From the NCBI GenBank assembly GCA_003693705.1, contig RBZT01000423.1, positions 62,001-126,000 of the forward strand: a stretch of DNA of 64,000 nucleotides, given 5' to 3'. This stretch comes from Polymyxa betae A26-41. Lineage: Eukaryota; Protista; Endomyxa: Phytomyxea. The position numbers and the translations under genes are program-made. The notes under the pieces are model-generated. The model had not been told where the DNA came from. It saw only the letters and a list, made by a program, of their open reading frames with translations, and did not search any database. Positions 10,658-21,160 of the stretch are shown here, in pieces; position 1 is the first letter of the stretch; each line of letters opens with the position of its first letter.

Positions 10658-12847
10658 GTGCGAGATCACCCGGACCGATTAAGGCGGAACGGCGTCCGAG
10701 TGGCCCTCATTGTGAAATGCACTCCGATGAATAGACGAGGGACCCAATCAAACCAACGGGTAACCGGCACTGTTCAGATGGCGAATGCACCACCCGACCA
10801 TCGAAATTCCGTCATGAATCCCAGCAGTGACGATGACGATGATGATGGTGATGGTGATGCATGTACGGAATCAGATGGATCACCTGGATCACTGACACAA
10901 GATCCGTATCGTGCCAGTATTATGGCTAGAGCAGCTGATCAGGCGCTTAATATGCTAGTCGATGTATCTGCACAGGCTGAAGCGAAAATTCTAAATCCGG
11001 TCAGGATTCCAAGTTTAGATCTCGAGAAACAAGTTCATGAATTACGGGAGCGTGTCATCCGAGATCAGGGAATTCGCAGTAATCGTGCAATTGCTCGAGC
11101 TGGACTGGCATCTGTGACACTAAAAGAGAATTTAAAACTTCTCGATCGACTCAGTATGTATGAGGAAGCATCCCGGCACCAGATTACAGCATCCGCCCAG
11201 AATCTACAAACGGCACAGCGCATCGAGCAGCGAGAGATATGGAATAATATATCTCCAGACGAAGTAGCGTTACAGGCTGATCAACTCGCTGATAACGCTC
11301 AGGCTCAATTTCTGACATTGACTGATCGCCTTCAAAGATACACAACAAGGGATACTGAAGCAAAATTCCGAATGCTCGTGCATCGATGCCACAAGATTGC
11401 TTATTTTCTAAATGTGTTTCGAATGGCACATTCACAAAGAACGGAGGTTTATGATCGAATGTTCAACGAGGTCCTTCGACGTCTATCAAAATCAGGGCAG
11501 TTTGAAGGGAGGGATCATAAAGACATTGTCCGTCTGATCGAGATTGAGAAACACATGGCTCTGAGTCCGCGTGTGCTAGATCAGGCTGAAGAATATATGG
11601 AGCAAGAAATGTTGCAGATTTTGCAGCCTGAAATACTCTACCTTCATGCTGAATCTCGCTTCACCAGACTTATTAGCCAGTTCGAAGAGTTGGCGAATCG
11701 CGAGCAGCAGAAGTTGCAAGCTGTCAAAGAATCGGAGGCAAAGTTAACCAATGCCTATTATGATGGCTTGATCAAGTTCGCAGCCAGGTCAGAAGCTGAA
11801 CGATCCAATATTATCTCGAATCCGTCCTTCCAGATTCACGGTGAAGATGGAGGCGAATTTCACGTCTCTGATCGCGATCGTCGTGCAGCTCTGAAATTTG
11901 GTATAGCTTCACAGGCTCCAGTACAGCCTCTGACAATTCGAGTTAAAGATCATCGACGATGCGTCCCTCCGATTTTCTCCAAATCACCAACACCAGAATT
12001 GCAGTATAACGCTGCATCGAGCGCATTCAAGCCGAAGGTTGAGGGCGCCACTATCGTCTTTCCTGCTGCTGCTACCGCGTTCCTTCCAGCTTGCGCCGAA
12101 GTCGCTCAGGGCCCTGAATCGCCTGCCCCCGATGTTGCCGGAACGCTTCGAGGCTCTCGGACCGGTGGCATCCCTGTCCCGATCGTACCGGTCCCTGCGA
12201 TGACCGGCACGGCGTTGTCGGTGGTGTCGGCTGCCGCTCAAGCTGCAGCTCAAGCGCTGGCGACAACTTTCCATGCGATGCCGCCGTCTCAAAAGCCAAT
12301 TCCGAAAGGGTTTACCTGTGTTCGATGCCCTACGTCGACCGATCAGGTGATGAAAGTCATTCTGAGCTGTTCGTTCGATGACTGCGAACGATTCGAATTT
12401 TATCACATGTCGTACATGTCGAAGAACCAAAAGGAACTCGAGTTCCCATATAGTCCTACTCAGCAGTTATCTGTGGTCATACCCGACCATCTGTTTGTGG
12501 TTGATTCTATATGTGAGTGCATGTCGACGATACCTGAGACTGTCGTTTCTCTTAAGAGCAAGAAGAAGAGCTTTTTCAGGGCGTTGACGAATCTCGGATT
12601 CGCTCATAAAATGCAAGCGAAGCGTATGAAAAAGTTCCAGAAGCAGGCCTGGTGTGCAACTTTACCTGGAACGATGGAGTGGATTAAGCGGGTTCGAGGT
12701 TTCTCCACCAATACGTTGCATATTGACGATCTCGAGCTCGAAAGGCTAATTCAGTTTATTGAAACCAGAGTAGTCCCGATTCTAGAACATTGGCAGTCTA
12801 TCGAACAGATAACGATCGCCCCCATGATGGCCGATTTCAGACCATAG
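10658..12847 (+). CDS. Uncharacterised intronless protein (acidic N-terminus, coiled-coil region, Ala/Pro linker, C-terminal globular region); likely ATG near 10778
   Basis: Uninterrupted 2.19 kb ORF, too long to be chance at this GC content. No family recognised. Confidence 0.8.
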   Translation: MRDHPDRLRRNGVRVALIVKCTPMNRRGTQSNQRVTGTVQMANAPPDHRNSVMNPSSDDDDDDGDGDACTESDGSPGSLTQDPYRASIMARAADQALNMLVDVSAQAEAKILNPVRIPSLDLEKQVHELRERVIRDQGIRSNRAIARAGLASVTLKENLKLLDRLSMYEEASRHQITASAQNLQTAQRIEQREIWNNISPDEVALQADQLADNAQAQFLTLTDRLQRYTTRDTEAKFRMLVHRCHKIAYFLNVFRMAHSQRTEVYDRMFNEVLRRLSKSGQFEGRDHKDIVRLIEIEKHMALSPRVLDQAEEYMEQEMLQILQPEILYLHAESRFTRLISQFEELANREQQKLQAVKESEAKLTNAYYDGLIKFAARSEAERSNIISNPSFQIHGEDGGEFHVSDRDRRAALKFGIASQAPVQPLTIRVKDHRRCVPPIFSKSPTPELQYNAASSAFKPKVEGATIVFPAAATAFLPACAEVAQGPESPAPDVAGTLRGSRTGGIPVPIVPVPAMTGTALSVVSAAAQAAAQALATTFHAMPPSQKPIPKGFTCVRCPTSTDQVMKVILSCSFDDCERFEFYHMSYMSKNQKELEFPYSPTQQLSVVIPDHLFVVDSICECMSTIPETVVSLKSKKKSFFRALTNLGFAHKMQAKRMKKFQKQAWCATLPGTMEWIKRVRGFSTNTLHIDDLELERLIQFIETRVVPILEHWQSIEQITIAPMMADFRP

Positions 12848-13019
12848 ACATTTCTACATACAGATTTTCTTAATATATCTTTTTGTCCAAAGTCTGTCGA
12901 ATGTGAAGTACGATAAAGTTGTTATTAATTGAACTATTAAACATCTAATGCAGGATGTCGACGACGCCGTTATTGCCCAGCATGAAGTCATTCGACAAAT
13001 GCTTGGAAAGAGCATTATG

Positions 13020-14206
13020 CTAGATGTCAGTCCAGCCGTGTTGTCTGGTTAAACTATCGAGATATTCAAGACCCTTTCCATGGCCGACATCTTGGCCTCC
13101 CGAATCGCCGGTTAAATGGCCTGGGCGAGGAAAGTCCAAGATCAAGCTGACTCGTTCCTGATTCGTGTAGTTCCACGCCTGCTCAGAGGGCATCAGTAAC
13201 AGATAGCAACATTGCATGACGAGGAAAACCTCATGTGTATAAACATCGTCAAATACGAAAACGTATCCTGGTCTCCATGATGTTTGATAATCGCCGGCCC
13301 GAAACATACAGCCTGATCGTGTTTGCCCATCCCAAGGTGATATAGACCTGTTAAACCACTAAAATTAATCAGCAAACTCTTTGGTTGGTTTCGTGGAAAA
13401 CTTTGCATTATCAAATATTCTAACCTCATTCTGAGGAACATCGTTAACCCAGACGGCCCGATCGGGAATATCGTCAGGAACGGGAGGTGCGACCAATGAC
13501 ACATGAGCTCGCAGGATCTTATTTGAATATCTGTTTGGAATGTATCAGCAATTAAACGGAGACCGATTTGCTGCTTTCTAACTGATCGTAACCAGAATGA
13601 GGCAAGACGTGGACCTGGAAGGAATGTTTAGGTTTGCCCGTCGTTTCCAGTTAAAACTCAGAAGAATAAACTTTTACCGCTTCAAAATTATTGATGCAGC
13701 ATCATTACACAGATACCAACATGAAACCAAACAGTGACTTTTTGCTGTGAGAAAAATCACAAAATTAGTATACTTACGCCGGGTCTGAGAATAGAGAATG
13801 TGGCGGTCGTGATCGGGACGGGAGACGCCCGAATTAATTCATACGTGATCGGGCACAGATTACAATTAGCAACCTGATTGCAATCATGGTCAGTAATCGA
13901 AAACGAAATCCATCAATTTAACCTTCTTCTTGCCGAACGCATACAGGCCGAATACATCCCAGCCTTCGCCTCGGTTAACCTGATCAGTTCCAGGTTCCTG
14001 AGTTTCGTACAGGTTCAGTTCCGGCCAAGGATGGATCTAAACGCCCAGAATCAGAACGGCGGCAGCCATGCCTTAGACCGGGCGACCTGAGCGCCATTGC
14101 CCAGTTCGTTGAATTCTTGCAGGATCTGACGCCATCTGCTTGTGAATTGGGTCAGATAGGGTATGAGACCTGGGTCATAAAATGGCGCCTTATTAGAAGT
14201 TGTCAT
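13020..14206 (-). CDS. Aspartyl/asparaginyl beta-hydroxylase family (AspH/LpxO-like 2OG-Fe(II) dioxygenase), multi-exon
   Basis: MTTSNKAPFYDPGLIPYLTQFTSRWRQILQEF... then LYHLG, W.PG..FVFDDVYTHE|AWNYTNQERVSLILDFPRP, matching the family signature FDDxxxHEAWN...RxxLIxD. Internal exons are not fully resolved. Confidence 0.85.
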
Positions 14207-14620
14207 ATACTACTAATGAAGGGGTGACATTGGGGGTGGGTGGTAGCCCCCTTTCTGATATAGATTGACCCCATCAACCCACTATATTTACATATGGGTT
14301 AAGGCTTCTCAATCACATTTACAACCTCTACATGCTTTTGTAATCATCAAAGTGGGCTATGAAGATGGGTTCGTTGTCGGCTGCTTCTATCGTCCAAGTA
14401 CCAATCACGGCAAGCGCTATCCACAGAATCACCAGGGTTTACTGTCCAACTGTATTTTCACAATATGAATCTTTAGAAATTCTTGAGACTATATTGATCG
14501 AATATATTGAAAAGCGTTCATCATCTGTTTGTAATACATCGGAGAAATAGAGAAAGACAGAGAGAGCTTCAGCGCAATTCTCATTAAATTAAATTACCTT
14601 CATTGGTCACAGCTGTCATC

Positions 14621-15957
14621 ATGTCGTCCTCTTGGCTGCCGATGCGGGTCGAAGGTATCGCTCATGATGCCCATCTCAAAGTAGGCGTCTGACAATCACC
14701 TGCTTGCTAAACAACTGACTCGATTGTAGTTCTTGGCAGCGCTGGACTCCAATGAGGAATCGTTTGAGCATTATGCCACCGAGCACCTTCGTATGTCGGG
14801 CATCTATTGGGCATTGATGACGGCCAAAACTCTGAATCAAAACCATTTGCTACCGCTCGATGACATCTTTGAATTTGTGCTGAAATGCGGTCGTGAAGAC
14901 GGCGGGTTTGGTGGCAACATCGACCATGATTCTCATCTTCTATACACGTTAAGCGCCGTCCAGATTCTGGCTATTATTGGCCGTCTGAATGACATCGATC
15001 GCGATCGAACTGCAACATATATCGCAAGGTTACAACAACCTGATGGTGGCTTTATAGGTTGATGGTTTATTTCATCTGTTAATATGCTTTCACTTGGCAA
15101 ATGTTTTTTCTGCTTTCCTGTTCTAACAAGGTTTATGGCTTTCGAGTTGACTATCTATTTTTTATTCGCTGTGCTGATTCTAACTTTTTCGAATAGGCGA
15201 CGAGTGGGGTGAGGTCGATACTCGCTTCTCGTACTGTGCAATGAATGCATTGACCATTCTGGGAAGACGCGACCTTGTTAATTGGGACAGTGCTGTAGAA
15301 TTCATCGACAAATGCAAAAATTTCGATGGCGGTTTTGGCTCCATGCCTGGAGCAGAGTCGCATGCTGGACAAAGTACAAACACGCGCTGGTTTGCTGGAG
15401 ATATGTTTTAGAATAACCAATTATTAGTCTTTTGCTGTGTCGGCGCCCTGAAGATCGCAAACAAAATTGAGAAGGTTGTCGACGTTGACACTCTGTCATG
15501 GTGGTTATGCGAACGACAGCTACCTTGTGGTGGTCTGAATGGACGTCCGGAAAAGAAAGAGGATGTCTGCTACTCATGGTACGAAAATCCTTTTTTGTTG
15601 CTCTTAAGATATTTTGCTGATTTTGCTAAAGGTGGGTTCTATCTTCATTGGCAATCATGAACCGAATTGATTGGATCGACGGCGAAGCTTTGACAAAATT
15701 CATTTTTGATTGCCAGGTTTTGCATGTTATCAGAATTGAAACAGGCCAGTTTTTAAAAGCTTGATTTTCAGGATGTTGAAAATGGCGGCATCTCCGATCG
15801 TCCCGGAAACATGACAGATATATTCCATACATTCTTTGGGTTGGCGGCTCTGTCTATTTTGCAGTACAAATCTGGTCATGATTATGTTGATCCAGTCTAT
15901 GCATTGCCTGCATCGATTGTGCAATCTTTCACAGGAATGAAACCGATTTTATCTTGA
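14621..15957 (+). CDS. RABGGTB: Rab geranylgeranyltransferase type II beta subunit
   Basis: [93 protein letters not shown]|[14 protein letters not shown]...[13 protein letters not shown]. Confidence 0.97.
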
Positions 15958-16544
15958 CCACGCCTATTCACCTATCATGTTTGCAAATGATTGATTATCA
16001 ATTTTATGTAAATCTCTGGTCGATAGTCTGTCTGTAGAGATTATTTCCTTTTTGATAGTTCAATTCAGGTATCTGTTGATAGAATCCATGCCCTACTGTA
16101 GGCTTATAGAAATATTGTATCCGAAAACAATTATTATAATCGAATATTTAGTAAATCGGACGATGAGCGGCAATCATTTTTCAATGCATTCCAATGAGAT
16201 CTGTCCACTATTCTCTTTGAGAGAGTTAGAGACTTCTGCTGAACTCATTCAAACTCATCGATCTCAGCTGAGTTGACATCGTCATCCACAAAATTGTGCT
16301 AAAGCCAAATGCATGCAATCCCAGCACTTTCTGTCACAGCAGATTCAATTTCCACATGAACTTCGCATGCCGCATTAACGACGCCTAAATGTTGAATGGA
16401 ATGGTTGCTTCGACTGGTTTCTTAAAGTCTATTGAAGCTTGATTATTGTTTGCTTTCTCGTGGGAAATCAGCCACTCCCACCTGAAAAGTAAATGTTTCT
16501 GTAATCTTTTATGGCGAGCTTGCGCAAAATCTTGCCAATAATTC

Positions 16545-17540
16545 ATGGCCTCATCACAAACTCAATTGTTATGGCGTCCGAGATCAGATCAGGACCAGAT
16601 ACCCGAATTTATTCGTGATTTTACTGATCGTCCGGAACCAATCTTGGTCCCAGGTTGGCAAATAATCTCGTGTCTAGTTTATACTGATGTTTGTGATTAG
16701 GACTGATTCCAACATTACAGAGTACAATGAGATCTACGACCAGCTCAATATTGTGCAACACATCGCTTTGCGGGTTTGGTCAGAGAGACAATTGGACATG
16801 TGGCTATCGCAACATCCAAATGATGATAACATCCCTGATCGGGGCCGATCATTATGGCCATCTAATTGGTGCCATTTTCTCGCACGTTCCGAACATTCTT
16901 CGTATTCAGCAGCTGATTGAAGACGCCTGGCAGCAAGGTTTTGATACAGCCGGCGCTGAACATTTCGGCTTTCGCCTTCAACACAAAAGCAGTTGGATCG
17001 GTAGTTTTATTAGTTCAAATATTTGAGAGACGTTCTGAAATAAATGTGCAGGCACGACAGAAGCGGCCACACTTTTAAGAAGCCTGAATATTCGATGTAA
17101 ATTAATAGATTGCAGACATGGTAATCTCGGTCTGGACATCCTTCAATTAGTCGCGAGCTATTTCTCAGAAAATGGACAGTCCAACCATCGCCAGCATCTT
17201 GCTACAACAAAGCCTACAATGTACGATATCACACTTTTTACATCCCAATGTAACCAAGATTTGCAGATATTTTCAATCGCATGGACACAGCATGACCGTC
17301 GCGGGTGTCGAATTCAATGGCGGCGTTCCGAAAACCTTGCTTGTAATCGACCCGATAAAACTGCACTTATCTATCAAGAAATCTGGGACGCCGAAATGGG
17401 AACGTCTATCAGCGCGACAGCTGGATGGTTTTTCACAATGCCAAATGCTGTCTGTTGAAGGTGTAGGCTGGCAATCCGACCTTGAACGCGAACACTCGAA
17501 AGTTCTACGTGCATCGGTACTTGGCGACATCAATTCGTAA
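16545..17540 (+). CDS. ZUFSP/ZUP1/Mug105-family deubiquitinase (peptidase C78-like), catalytic domain only
   Basis: Spliced: ...LVP|GLIP...DNWTCGYRNIQMM, VPNILRIQQLIEDAWQQGFD, WIG|TTEAATLLRSLNIRC, YFQSHGHSMTVAGVE, LLVIDP. The Cys-His-Asp triad of the ZUFSP family is present. Confidence 0.88.
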
Positions 17541-17618
17541 TAAATGTCATTGTGAGGCGGGCGGACGATTGCGCAGCTGAATCAACGTCATAATATTGTT
17601 CATGTTGTTTGGTCGACG

Positions 17619-17939
17619 ATGCCGTCTTTAGACGAAACTAAACGAACTGGGACTGTCAAGTTCTTCAATAATACGAAAGGATTCGGGTTTATCACTCCTG
17701 ATGACGATTCCGAAGATCTGTTTGTGCATCAAACCAGCATCTATGCTAGGGGATATCGTTCATTGGCCAATGGCGAACCCGTCGAATACAACATTGAGAT
17801 CGGCGACGATGGACGGAAGAAAGCTGTGAACGTGACCGGCCCTAATGGGGATTACGTTCAAGGGACTCCACCACGCCAATCGTGGCAATCGCAAGAGAGA
17901 CGTGAACGAAGAGATCAGCAAGCAGATTTCAGTGGTTAA
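17619..17939 (+). CDS. Cold-shock domain protein, intronless, Q/R-rich tail
   Basis: [29 protein letters not shown]...GYRSL..GE.VEY...AVNVTGPNG: RNP1/RNP2 cold-shock domain. Confidence 0.95.
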   Translation: MPSLDETKRTGTVKFFNNTKGFGFITPDDDSEDLFVHQTSIYARGYRSLANGEPVEYNIEIGDDGRKKAVNVTGPNGDYVQGTPPRQSWQSQERRERRDQQADFSG

Positions 17940-18642
17940 TAAACCCTAACATTTCCCAGCTATTTGTCATCAGTTCTGTGCTCATTTAAAAGTATTTTGT
18001 AGCCATTGAGCTGACTTGACGGAAATGGAATAGTGATTAGGGTATATCTGTTGCAGGTTTAGGAAAGTTTACATTAAAACCTTTTCTCAGCAGATCTTTA
18101 AGGGTTAGATGGATTTCCGTCTTGCCCTTTACTTTCGATAAAGTTCTGAATCTGCTGCCCAAACGGCTCCTTATATCATCTATATAGTTCATAATCATTT
18201 AGGCATAGCATCTGTGAGTATTATAGGCCAATTTTGCGCTCATCACAGACCCATCATGTTGGAAAAGCGAGGTGGCTCTGGTGCTGCTGCAAGGGTTCTG
18301 TAGTAGTCTTCCGAAATTTTGTAGTGGATTTTGCACGGAAAATTTTTTGGAATCTGGGTGTAGAATATCTTATATCTACAATGAGTCCACCTGGAAGTTT
18401 TTCAGCACAAATTTTTACATTTACATTCGAAATCGAAGAGTATCATTATCGGGGCCACAGAACTGGTCCATGATAACAATGTACAATAAAACTTCCGACA
18501 TTTTTGCAAAACTGAGATGAGCTCTACAGTAAAAACCCGAGACAGAGAATAGAGAGACGACACAATGCAATATATTAATTATAATATATAACGTTATGAC
18601 TCTGGTAAGGACTTGGAATCCACATCGTTAACGAAGGCTAGT

Positions 18643-19002
18643 TTACCAGCCGCTGCCTCTGTCGTAGCCACCACTGTTACCGCCATAGCCGCCGTTGTCG
18701 CCATAGCCACCTCGGTTACCGTAGCCACCGCTGCGGTTGTCCTGACGAGGTTCACGGGGGGTACCCTTGACGTAGGCTCCGTTGGGTCCGGTGACGTTCA
18801 CAGCCTTGGAGCGACCATCATCAGAAACTTGAACTTCGAACTCGACTTCCTCGCCATCAGCCAGGGAGCGGAATCCGCTGGCGTGGATGCTGGTCTGGTG
18901 GACGAACAAGTCCTCGCTACCATCATCGGGGGTGATGAACCCGAATCCCTTGGTGTTGTTGAAGAACTTGACCTTGCCGGTCTTCTTGCTGTCAGCGACC
19001 AT
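18643..19002 (-). CDS. Cold-shock domain protein, intronless, GGYG-repeat tail
   Basis: [47 protein letters not shown]...AVNVTGPNG followed by (GGYGxx)n. Confidence 0.96.
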   Translation of the reverse strand: MVADSKKTGKVKFFNNTKGFGFITPDDGSEDLFVHQTSIHASGFRSLADGEEVEFEVQVSDDGRSKAVNVTGPNGAYVKGTPREPRQDNRSGGYGNRGGYGDNGGYGGNSGGYDRGSGW

Positions 19003-20008
19003 GATGTGAGAGAGACGAATTGAATAATGAAGACAAGAAAGCGGTGCGGCCGCCTCAGGCCGCCCACGGCCTTTTCCCAGGCGATGCCGCTAACTTTAGG
19101 GCGTACGGCAATAGTAACGACGCGTAATTGGCAAGTCGATGAGGCCCAGTCAGAACTGTGTGGGGGGACACATGCGCATTTCTAGCCGCCGCTCACTCAG
19201 ATTTTATCACTCGAAAAATTGCGCTTCTCTGACACGGACGCGGCGTTTCATGCTCCCACTTCAGCCATGCAAGGGTTATTTTTAGACGCTGTATCATTGA
19301 ATCATCATGCCGCTCCATAGTCTTCTGCTGCTCGTTGACATAGGATGCGTCCAATGCAATAGCATTTGAAACGAGACCTAATTTTGGCATATTTTGTAGT
19401 AAATGCATTTTGTGTCGCCGTAAGGTTTCTAATCGATTATCAAAGTGACTTTCAAGCCTTTCCGGACACAACGGTACTGGATATATCTAATGACGACTAC
19501 ATTGGTTTATACTGACTCTAAGCTATGTACATATTCCTATCGAAGTTCTACGAATTGATACAAGAAACAAACTTATGGGCGTGGGTATACGTAAAGCCGT
19601 GAAATTACACATTGTGAGAAAATAAGGCAATTATGAGCCTGCAATAGTCAATAAATCGATATTATAGTGGAAGGGGCTCTTGGAAATCTACGTATGCAGT
19701 CATCATATACCAATACATTCTTACCCGAGTTCCTCTTGCATGTCGAGCATGATACGTGAGTTTCATTGTCTGCTGTTCGTCCAGAGTCCGGCAGCGATAA
19801 GCTGCTGTTCCCGGCTCCTGCAAGATCATAATCCTAACACCTCTCCTTATCTTTAGCTGATATGACTTTCGTATAGCAATATGATACTGATTAAATATGC
19901 CAAATGCGTAAAGTTCTCACTACTACACTTTTATGTTGGTTATCTTCTTATCCTCGCGTAAAGTGAATTCATACAACTCTCAGTTTTATGCTTTCTGAAT
20001 CTCAATAA

Positions 20009-21160
20009 GAATGCCGTTTTCTTGAAAAGACAGGTTTAAAAGTCTCAGTTCTTTCTTTCTGTGGCTGAATCCCTCGAAGGAAGCACGTTCAGGGTGGTAC
20101 ATCTAAAGCCCATTGATTTCAAATGGGTGCTAATGCTTGTATCGAGTTAGAATTCCAAAATGAGATCAATCGCTTCGATACAGCCGAGATCTTGCTTCAG
20201 AATGGGTTCTTGGAAATGCTTGAAGAAGCTTAGCCTTCCTCAGGCTGTTATCTTTACTGTGATATATTGGGAAGGCTTTGGTGTCAATGAACGTATCCTT
20301 TCCTGGTAGTATGGTATAGAAGGCACTAATGAGTTTTTTAACGCCTGCTGTTGGTATATAGTCATATCATTTATTCACATGTGTGCAATTATGTTGATTT
20401 GATTTTTCGCTCATCGCCCTGATGAATATACTCCAATGGAGGAAATTGTTGGGGCTTTCAGTTTTCTTATCGATCAAGGCAAAACTTTCTGCTAGGATTA
20501 TGCCAATGATCTCTTTGATTGATAATCTTTACTATTCGAAGGCACCAGCGAATGGAGTGCGGAACAATTTTCTGAAGCGTTTACTGTAGCTCACAAGCTA
20601 AATTTGATAGCACCAAGTATGCAGCATCCTCAGTACATATGTTTTGTCGAGATCGTCATGCTCTTATTTTAAGAAATACGGTATTGACTAAACGTGTACG
20701 ACAAAGCATACAAGTATACAAGCGCTTAAATTTGGCTATTGAGGCCTCAAAACTACAATTTGGTCGCCTTTAGAATCATGGATTTGAATTAGCATGAACA
20801 TTAGTGGGTTCTGATTGACTTCTTGCTTAGCAGAGCGAACTATATCTGGAAAGATTTCGTGGAGAGTTTCGATTAGAAACCGGACGTGCCAGGACAACGA
20901 GAAGGTTAAGCAATTCAGACCATTGCCGAGAAGCTTGGATCCACAGTCTCTCAGCTTGCAGGTCCTTGGTGCATTCGAATTCCCAATGGCTTAAACTTTC
21001 TCGATTGTAACCTTTTCAACAGGCATCAAAAGTTTCTCAGTTTCAAGAGAACTCTGAAACTTTTGAAATAGTTCCAATGCTAAATATGAATGTTTTGAAA
21101 TCGATCGAAGATTTATTCAAGAACGCTCCGGAGCTGCCTCCAGCTCGTTTTTTGTCATCA
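20009..21160 (+). pseudogene. Degenerate aldo-keto reductase of the Kv-beta (AKR6/KCNAB-like) type
   Basis: Collinear fragments in shifting frames: ECRFLEKTGLKVSVLSFCG*, INRFDTAEI, SEWVLGNA, VIFTVIYWEGFGVNERILS, YVDLIF/AHRPDEYTPMEEIVGAFSFLIDQGKTFC*, TSEWSAEQ...APSMQHPQY, TTIWSPLES, IAEKLGSTVSQLAGPWCIRIPN, ASKVSQFQEN. Conserved Trp codons appear as TGA/TAG, with several frameshifts. Confidence 0.88.

Noticed and set aside
14221-14243. G-quadruplex in the AspH/RABGGTB divergent promoter
   Set aside because: Only three tracts of 3 or more G plus one GG; not a canonical G4.
18613-19023. 136-aa plus-strand ORF antisense to the cold-shock gene
   Set aside because: Shadow ORF caused by the biased codon usage of the real minus-strand gene.
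19193-19471. 92-aa minus-strand ORF
   Set aside because: Non-ATG start and no motif; may be a relic but is unsupported.
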